In this document: in pieces, positions 35,747 through 40,489 of the stretch | Layout: each line of letters opens with the position of its first letter | Numbering within the stretch: the stretch's first letter is position 1 | IMG/VR virus record: IMGVR_UViG_2713896773_000021 | Length of the DNA: 40,489 nt | Reading direction: 5' to 3' (one strand) | DNA from: a virus | Lineage: Duplodnaviria; Heunggongvirae; Uroviricota; Caudoviricetes | The notes under the pieces: generated by a model | Told to the model about the DNA's origin: nothing | The model's input: the letters and a program-made list of their open reading frames with translations, nothing else | Databases searched by the model: none | Position numbers and translations under genes: made by a program

Positions 35747-36286
35747 ATGAGCTACATTCAGACATTATCCGGCAAACACTTTAATTACCTCGATATCCAA
35801 CAGGACGATATCGTCATCGAGGATATTGCTACTGCGCTGTCTCATATCTGCCGTTTTGCTGGGCATCTTCCTGAGTTTTACAGCGTCGGCCAGCATAGCG
35901 TTTTAACCAGCCATCTCGTTCCGCAGGAGTTTGCCTTAGAAGCACTGCTTCATGATGCCGCCGAAGCCTACCTGCAAGATATTCCCTCACCGCTTAAGCG
36001 CCTGTTACCGGATTACCAGGTGATCGAAGCTCGCGTAGACGCTGCTATTCGCCAGAAATTTGGCCTACCGACGGAGCAACACCCAACAGTGAAATATGCC
36101 GATCTGGTGATGCTCGCCAGCGAACGCCGCGATTTTGAGATTGACGAAGGTTCCGTGTGGCCATGCCTCGATGGCGTTGTCCCGACGGACCTATTCATCA
36201 TCAATCCAGTTCGTCCAGGCCAGTCATACGGCATGTTCATAAATCGCTTTAATGAGTTGATGGAGCAGCGTCAATGCGCCGCATGA
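35747..36286 (+). CDS. HD-domain phosphohydrolase, YfdR-like 5'-deoxynucleotidase
   Basis: Start ATG 35747 with GGAG RBS; HD motif ...ALLHDAAEAYLQD...; ~180 aa. Confidence 0.65.
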   Translation: MSYIQTLSGKHFNYLDIQQDDIVIEDIATALSHICRFAGHLPEFYSVGQHSVLTSHLVPQEFALEALLHDAAEAYLQDIPSPLKRLLPDYQVIEARVDAAIRQKFGLPTEQHPTVKYADLVMLASERRDFEIDEGSVWPCLDGVVPTDLFIINPVRPGQSYGMFINRFNELMEQRQCAA

Positions 36287-36450
36287 AGGTAAAAGAACTC
36301 GTGGCGGAGGCGTTTGCCTCCGTGGCTGAATTGCCACCAAAGCATGCATCGCTTATGCGCGAAGTCGCTACCAGGCTTGAAGCTACGTTCGCAGCATTAA
36401 CCGAATCATTGGCGCAACTGGAACAGGAACGTAAAGGTAAAACGCAATGA
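36274..36450 (+). CDS. Small hypothetical protein (58 aa)
   Basis: My hand translation from ATG 36274 (MRRMKVKELVAEAFASVAELPPKHASLMREVATRLEATFAALTESLAQLEQERKGKTQ); overlaps neighbours by a few nt. Confidence 0.3.
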   Translation: MRRMKVKELVAEAFASVAELPPKHASLMREVATRLEATFAALTESLAQLEQERKGKTQ

Positions 36451-36701
36451 CCGTATTTGAATATCTCCAGGGCCACCCGAACGCCACCAGCGGTGAAATC
36501 GCAAGGGCGATGGGTAAAAAGACGCCAGCCGTAGCCAGCGCACTATCTCAGCTTTATGCAACAGGGAGAATTGTTAAGTCTGGCGCACGCGGTGGGATAC
36601 CGACATACCGCGTCAATGATCTGCCGTTTGGATGCAGCAATAACTTAACGCTGATATTTAACCAGCTTCTGCGAAACGTCCGCAAAGGAGCAGCCCAATG
36701 A
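36447..36701 (+). CDS. Hypothetical small protein (possible winged-helix DNA binding)
   Basis: 84-aa ORF, tightly packed in the early operon. Confidence 0.4.
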   Translation: MTVFEYLQGHPNATSGEIARAMGKKTPAVASALSQLYATGRIVKSGARGGIPTYRVNDLPFGCSNNLTLIFNQLLRNVRKGAAQ

Positions 36702-37015
36702 GCAAATTTACGGCATTACCAGTAGAACGCGACCAATACGGCTACTGGACTCACCCCGTCTATGAGCAATTTTGCGATGGTCGTGAATTTATCTCACCTG
36801 ATGAGTTCAACGCCTGGCTGGATAAAAACGGCCTCGAATGGACGGTAGTTTACCGGGATGAAGAAGACATCGATCCTGAAGTTGATGGTTACGATATTTC
36901 AGCCTGGCAGTCAGAATCGCCAGCCGGTGAAGGTTGGTTTGTCGGTTCAATTCACAACACCGAAGATGGCGCGGTATGCATCTGGTTACGTAACGTTGAA
37001 GGCGGTGCAGCATGA
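36698..37015 (+). CDS. Eaa-like early protein (tentative)
   Basis: 105-aa ORF, ATGA-coupled. Confidence 0.4.
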   Translation: MSKFTALPVERDQYGYWTHPVYEQFCDGREFISPDEFNAWLDKNGLEWTVVYRDEEDIDPEVDGYDISAWQSESPAGEGWFVGSIHNTEDGAVCIWLRNVEGGAA

Positions 37016-37368
37016 GCAAATCATTAAATGCACGCTGTATCCGCCGCTGGGAAGTTGAGTTCAAAGGCCTTTGTGATTCGAAGGTGAGTCCGTGGTGGAA
37101 TAAGCGCGATCTCCGCGGCTATATCCGTGAATGCGCCCTGACAACTGCTGAATGCATGGTAGAGAGCCTGGCCTATAACAACGCAATGCATGATTTTTTT
37201 GCTGAAAACGGCGATGACCGTGGCTGGTCTCCAGAATTCTCAGTTTGGTACGACAGCAGCCGTCGTGAGCAGTACAGGAAAGAAGCACTGAGCTACCTCA
37301 ATGAAGAGGCCAGCAACGACGAAATAGACGAAGAGATTCAGAACGAGCTGGAGGCCTGGAATGACTAA
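37012..37368 (+). CDS. Hypothetical protein
   Basis: 118-aa ORF, ATGA-coupled. Confidence 0.4.
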   Translation: MSKSLNARCIRRWEVEFKGLCDSKVSPWWNKRDLRGYIRECALTTAECMVESLAYNNAMHDFFAENGDDRGWSPEFSVWYDSSRREQYRKEALSYLNEEASNDEIDEEIQNELEAWND

Positions 37369-37630
37369 CTGCCCATCAACACCTAAACCTTTTCGCGCTG
37401 ACGGCGGCGATATAAGCACTGGCCGCCTCAAAGAAATAGCGGACAATCCATACGGTGACGAAGAGAAATGCTGTCTGGCTAAGCGTGTGCTGGCGTCACT
37501 TGAAGTGGAGCCTGTGGCGTGGACTGATGCGGATGAATTGCGTGATGTAAAGAATGGAGGCAGCGGCTATCTGTTTGCTATTGGTGGTGAGGCCAATAAA
37601 TTTGCTGATCCGCACCGCCAACGCCGGTAG
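37361..37630 (+). CDS. Hypothetical protein
   Basis: 89-aa ORF overlapping the previous stop. Confidence 0.4.
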   Translation: MTNCPSTPKPFRADGGDISTGRLKEIADNPYGDEEKCCLAKRVLASLEVEPVAWTDADELRDVKNGGSGYLFAIGGEANKFADPHRQRR

Positions 37631-38058
37631 TGCCAGAAGAAATGCCAAAAGGTCTGGCTGGTCAGATTGTCAGTCTTCTGGCGCATAACATCGGGGATAA
37701 ATTTTTGGCACAGAAAATCTGGAACGCCTGCCGCACCGCCATGCATCTGGGTGCCGAAAACACCGAGTCGCGCTGCACCATGCAGCCCGCGTCAGCATTA
37801 GATTCTTTGCCCTCAAATGCCGATTCGCGCTGCAGCAACTCTCCGGTGATTCCGGATGGTTGGAAACTGGTACCGATTGTGCCGACGGAGAAGATGGTTA
37901 TCGAAGGCTTCGAGTCGGAGCCAGACGAATTCTTCAGTAAATCTGAAGTGTGGGAGGCGTATCAGAAAATGAGTGGCTGCGAACAAGCGGCGCATCGGGC
38001 CAAGTTATGCTGGGCAGCGATGATCTCAGCAGCACCACAACAGGAGGTGAAGCTGTGA
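37630..38058 (+). CDS. Hypothetical protein
   Basis: 142-aa ORF (GTG at 37630 or ATG at 37642). Confidence 0.4.
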   Translation: MPEEMPKGLAGQIVSLLAHNIGDKFLAQKIWNACRTAMHLGAENTESRCTMQPASALDSLPSNADSRCSNSPVIPDGWKLVPIVPTEKMVIEGFESEPDEFFSKSEVWEAYQKMSGCEQAAHRAKLCWAAMISAAPQQEVKL

Positions 38059-38294
38059 CTAAATCAGAATTCCTCCAGAAGGTAGCGGTGCTGGCCGGTG
38101 AATGCCATAAGTTGGCCTGTGAGCTGGACATAGGCGATGAACGAATAGAGATGTTCGAGATTTATGAAGTGCTTCGCCGAATCCAGCGGAGTGGTGCAGC
38201 CGGTGAAATGCTGGCTGCAACAAACCCTTTACTATCCCCTGGAATACCTGAGGACACTGAATGGGTAAATTTCCATAAAGAGGATCATGCCTGA
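38055..38294 (+). CDS. Hypothetical small protein (79 aa, GTG start)
   Basis: AGGAGG 6 nt upstream of GTG 38055, which overlaps the upstream stop (GTGA). Confidence 0.4.
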   Translation: MTKSEFLQKVAVLAGECHKLACELDIGDERIEMFEIYEVLRRIQRSGAAGEMLAATNPLLSPGIPEDTEWVNFHKEDHA

Positions 38295-38470
38295 TGCCTA
38301 AGACAATCATCATAACCTTAGAAATTGATGTTCCGGAACACGCTACCGATAGCGACATATCAGATTGGGTAGACGTCGAGTACGGGCAGTGTGGTGGACA
38401 AAAATTAGATAACCCCTGCCGTGGCGATGCCACCGAAGTAATAAACCATTCATGGAAATTTGAGAGCTAA
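38294..38470 (+). CDS. Small hypothetical protein (58 aa, two Cys)
   Basis: My hand translation MPKTIIITLEIDVPEHATDSDISDWVDVEYGQCGGQKLDNPCRGDATEVINHSWKFES; ATG overlaps upstream stop. Confidence 0.3.
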   Translation: MPKTIIITLEIDVPEHATDSDISDWVDVEYGQCGGQKLDNPCRGDATEVINHSWKFES

Positions 38471-38472
38471 AG

Positions 38473-39045
38473 ATGAACGACTTAATGATTGACCTCGAAT
38501 CAATGGGGAAAAAGCCAAACGCGCCGATCGTCTCAGTTGGTGCTGTCTTTTTTAACCCTCAAACAGGTGAACTAGGCCAAGAATTCTATACAGCCGTCTC
38601 GCTTGAAAGCTCAATGGATCAAGGCGCGGTACCGGATGGAGATACGATTCTTTGGTGGCTAAAACAAAGCCCTGAAGCGCGCTCAGCTATCTGCGTTGAT
38701 GATGCGATGCCTATCACTGATGCACTGTCGGAACTTAGCCATTTCATTCACCGGCATGCATATAATCTCAAATACATGAAGGTCTGGGGTAACGGGGCCA
38801 CCTTTGACAATGTGATTCTGCGCGGAGCTTACGAACGCGCCGGACGCATTTGCCCGTGGGAATTTTGGAACGATCATGATGTACGCACGATTGTTACCCT
38901 CGGTCGCAGTGTTGGTTTCGATCCGAAGCGTGACATGCCATTCATTGGCGATGTTCACAACGCCCTGGCTGATGCGCGCCATCAGGCAAAATATGTGTCA
39001 GCAATTTGGCAGAAAATTATCCCTGCCACCAGCACCAACGAGTAA
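38473..39045 (+). CDS. DEDD-family 3'-5' exonuclease (DnaQ-like fold)
   Basis: N-terminal Exo I-like motif ...LMIDLESMG...; 190 aa. Confidence 0.55.
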   Translation: MNDLMIDLESMGKKPNAPIVSVGAVFFNPQTGELGQEFYTAVSLESSMDQGAVPDGDTILWWLKQSPEARSAICVDDAMPITDALSELSHFIHRHAYNLKYMKVWGNGATFDNVILRGAYERAGRICPWEFWNDHDVRTIVTLGRSVGFDPKRDMPFIGDVHNALADARHQAKYVSAIWQKIIPATSTNE

Positions 39046-39089
39046 ACCACTCAGTCCGGGTGCAGCCGGGCTTTATGGAGAAGGAAACC

Positions 39090-39299
39090 ATGGCAAAGCT
39101 AATGAAAGCGAGTCTCTGGAGTAAGCGCGAATTTACCAAAGACTCCATTCCTGACAACCGTACAATTAAACGTTGGGTCGAAAACGGATTACTCATGGGA
39201 AGGATTGTAGATGGTTCAGTTTTTGTCTATGAAACCGAAAAGTGGGGAGTTGACTCAATTGTTAATCAGGCGGTACGTCAGTTAATAATTGAGGGTTGA
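39090..39299 (+). CDS. xis: Excisionase (putative)
   Basis: ~69 aa from ATG 39090 with GGAGAAGG RBS; stop overlaps integrase start region. Confidence 0.5.
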   Translation: MAKLMKASLWSKREFTKDSIPDNRTIKRWVENGLLMGRIVDGSVFVYETEKWGVDSIVNQAVRQLIIEG

Positions 39300-39301
39300 C
39301 C

Positions 39302-40489
39302 ATGGCAGCAAGGCCACGAAAAAAAGAATACCGCCACCTTCCTGATTATCTTTTTTTTGATAAAGATCGTGGCGTGTATAAGTTCACGCTTATAACTGGG
39401 AAAAAGAAAACTCTAGGTTCGGATCGAGTAATGGCTATCGCCATCGCCCGAGAATATAACCTGAGGATGCGCCCTGAAAATACACCATCGATAGATTCAT
39501 TAATTCGGGAATCGGGAGGGCTGAATGGTGAAGCCCACCCGTTTTCTGAACATGTTGATCGCATTATGGAGAGAGCTATCAAAGATGAGCAACCGTCTAA
39601 AAGCACACTTGACGATTGGAATAATGATGCCATCAGGGTTAAAGAATTTTTTAATAACATACCCGCATGCGACATTGAGCTTGAGCACGTAAATGCCTAC
39701 ATACGAAATTACCATTCTGAATCGTCGGCCAATGTTCAGAACCGAAAAGTTAGCTTCCTGAAAAAGCTATTCTCTTATGCTGTTGATGAATCGCTAATGA
39801 TGGATAACCCTGCAACACGGAAAAAAATGCGGCGTGTCGATAAAAAGGTCCGCCGGCGACTTACTTTGGAGCAGTTCCTGGCCATACATGCAGCTGCTGA
39901 ACCCTGGCTGAAGACAGCAATGGACCTTGCATTACAAACTACTCAAGCACGCCTGGAAGTATCCCGGATCCGGTACTCGATCAAGGAACCTCAAGAAGGA
40001 GTTTGCGGCTGTGTATGGTTCGATCAGGAAGAGGCTGGCATATTCGGAACGCTTTACATTCATCGGCAAAAAGTGCAACACAAAGAGGCCTCTCACGTTG
40101 CAATTCCGATCGGCAGGGCCCTGAAAGAGATCATCGACAATAGCAGAGACAATGTGGCCAGTCCTTATGTTGTTCACCGGCTTTTGGAAAAGAGAAGCAA
40201 TCCGATAAGCAAGGAAGTTAACCACCCAACACAGGTGGCCCCTGATTATTTGAGCAGAGCATTTTCAGAGCTGCGGGACCGGATAGGTATAGCGGCAGAA
40301 TTACCTATCAAAGAAAGGCCAACTTTCCACGAGATTAGAGCGCTGGCGGCTCATATTTTCGAAAGACAAGGTATCGATCCGCAGGCAAGGATGGCCCATA
40401 GTGATGCAAAATCGACAAAAATTTATACCCAGAACCATGTTGAATGGGTAGAAGTTCCTCATGCTGAAATTGTCTTTAAAGCCGGGTGA
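39302..40489 (+). CDS. int: Tyrosine integrase (lambda Int family)
   Basis: ATG 39302 after GAGGG; ~395 aa, stop at the last base of the window. Confidence 0.85.
   Translation: MAARPRKKEYRHLPDYLFFDKDRGVYKFTLITGKKKTLGSDRVMAIAIAREYNLRMRPENTPSIDSLIRESGGLNGEAHPFSEHVDRIMERAIKDEQPSKSTLDDWNNDAIRVKEFFNNIPACDIELEHVNAYIRNYHSESSANVQNRKVSFLKKLFSYAVDESLMMDNPATRKKMRRVDKKVRRRLTLEQFLAIHAAAEPWLKTAMDLALQTTQARLEVSRIRYSIKEPQEGVCGCVWFDQEEAGIFGTLYIHRQKVQHKEASHVAIPIGRALKEIIDNSRDNVASPYVVHRLLEKRSNPISKEVNHPTQVAPDYLSRAFSELRDRIGIAAELPIKERPTFHEIRALAAHIFERQGIDPQARMAHSDAKSTKIYTQNHVEWVEVPHAEIVFKAG

Larger units (their letters stand above)
1..40489. mobile_element. Prophage interior (lambdoid regulatory/head modules + Mu-like contractile tail module); both att ends outside window
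   Basis: Continuous phage gene content: integrase/excisionase, CI/Cro, Q-like, lysis cassette, terminase, portal, capsid, sheath/tube/tape measure/baseplate; window begins inside a tail fiber gene and ends at the integrase stop codon. Confidence 0.85.

Noticed and set aside
1-40489. tRNA or rRNA genes
   Set aside because: By-eye scanning found no cloverleaf-like conserved T-arm (GGTTCGAATCC-type) or rRNA-like segments; a tRNA scan would be needed for certainty

Overview
The whole window lies inside one enterobacterial-type temperate prophage, with both prophage ends outside the window. All calls rest on reading the supplied six-frame translations and the raw sequence by eye; no database search or computation was run, so family names are pattern recognition, not hits. 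Minus strand, 1 to ~21.9 kb: a late structural/lysis operon with lambda-like packaging and head genes (Nu1-like terS, gpA-like terL, W, portal, S49 protease, scaffold, D-like decoration, E-like capsid) joined to a Mu-like contractile tail (sheath, tube, frameshifted chaperone, tape measure, DNA-circulation N, P, gp45/46/47/48, start of a tail fiber), then pinholin / SAR-endolysin / Rz-Rz1. Minus strand, 24.8 to 32.6 kb: Q-like protein, DUF968-like protein, Rha/KilAC antirepressor, a C5-cytosine methyltransferase-like gene, a Dam-like N6A methyltransferase, an O-like replication initiator with internal iterons, a CII-like regulator and Cro. Plus strand, 32.7 to 40.5 kb: CI repressor (S24 family) followed by an early operon (ClpX-zinc-finger protein, YfdP/YfdQ/YfdR-like genes, small ORFs, DEDD exonuclease, xis, int). 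The most interesting region is a cargo island between the Q-like gene with its terminator and the lysis cassette (21.9 to 24.6 kb): a translationally coupled pair of an uncharacterised ~250-aa helical protein and a HEPN-domain protein, plus a beta-class DPPY methyltransferase, each bounded by its own hairpin terminator and preceded by an AT-rich leader carrying DnaA-box-like 9-mers. This is my best candidate for an undescribed defence or toxin-type module. No rRNA, tRNA or CRISPR array was recognised.
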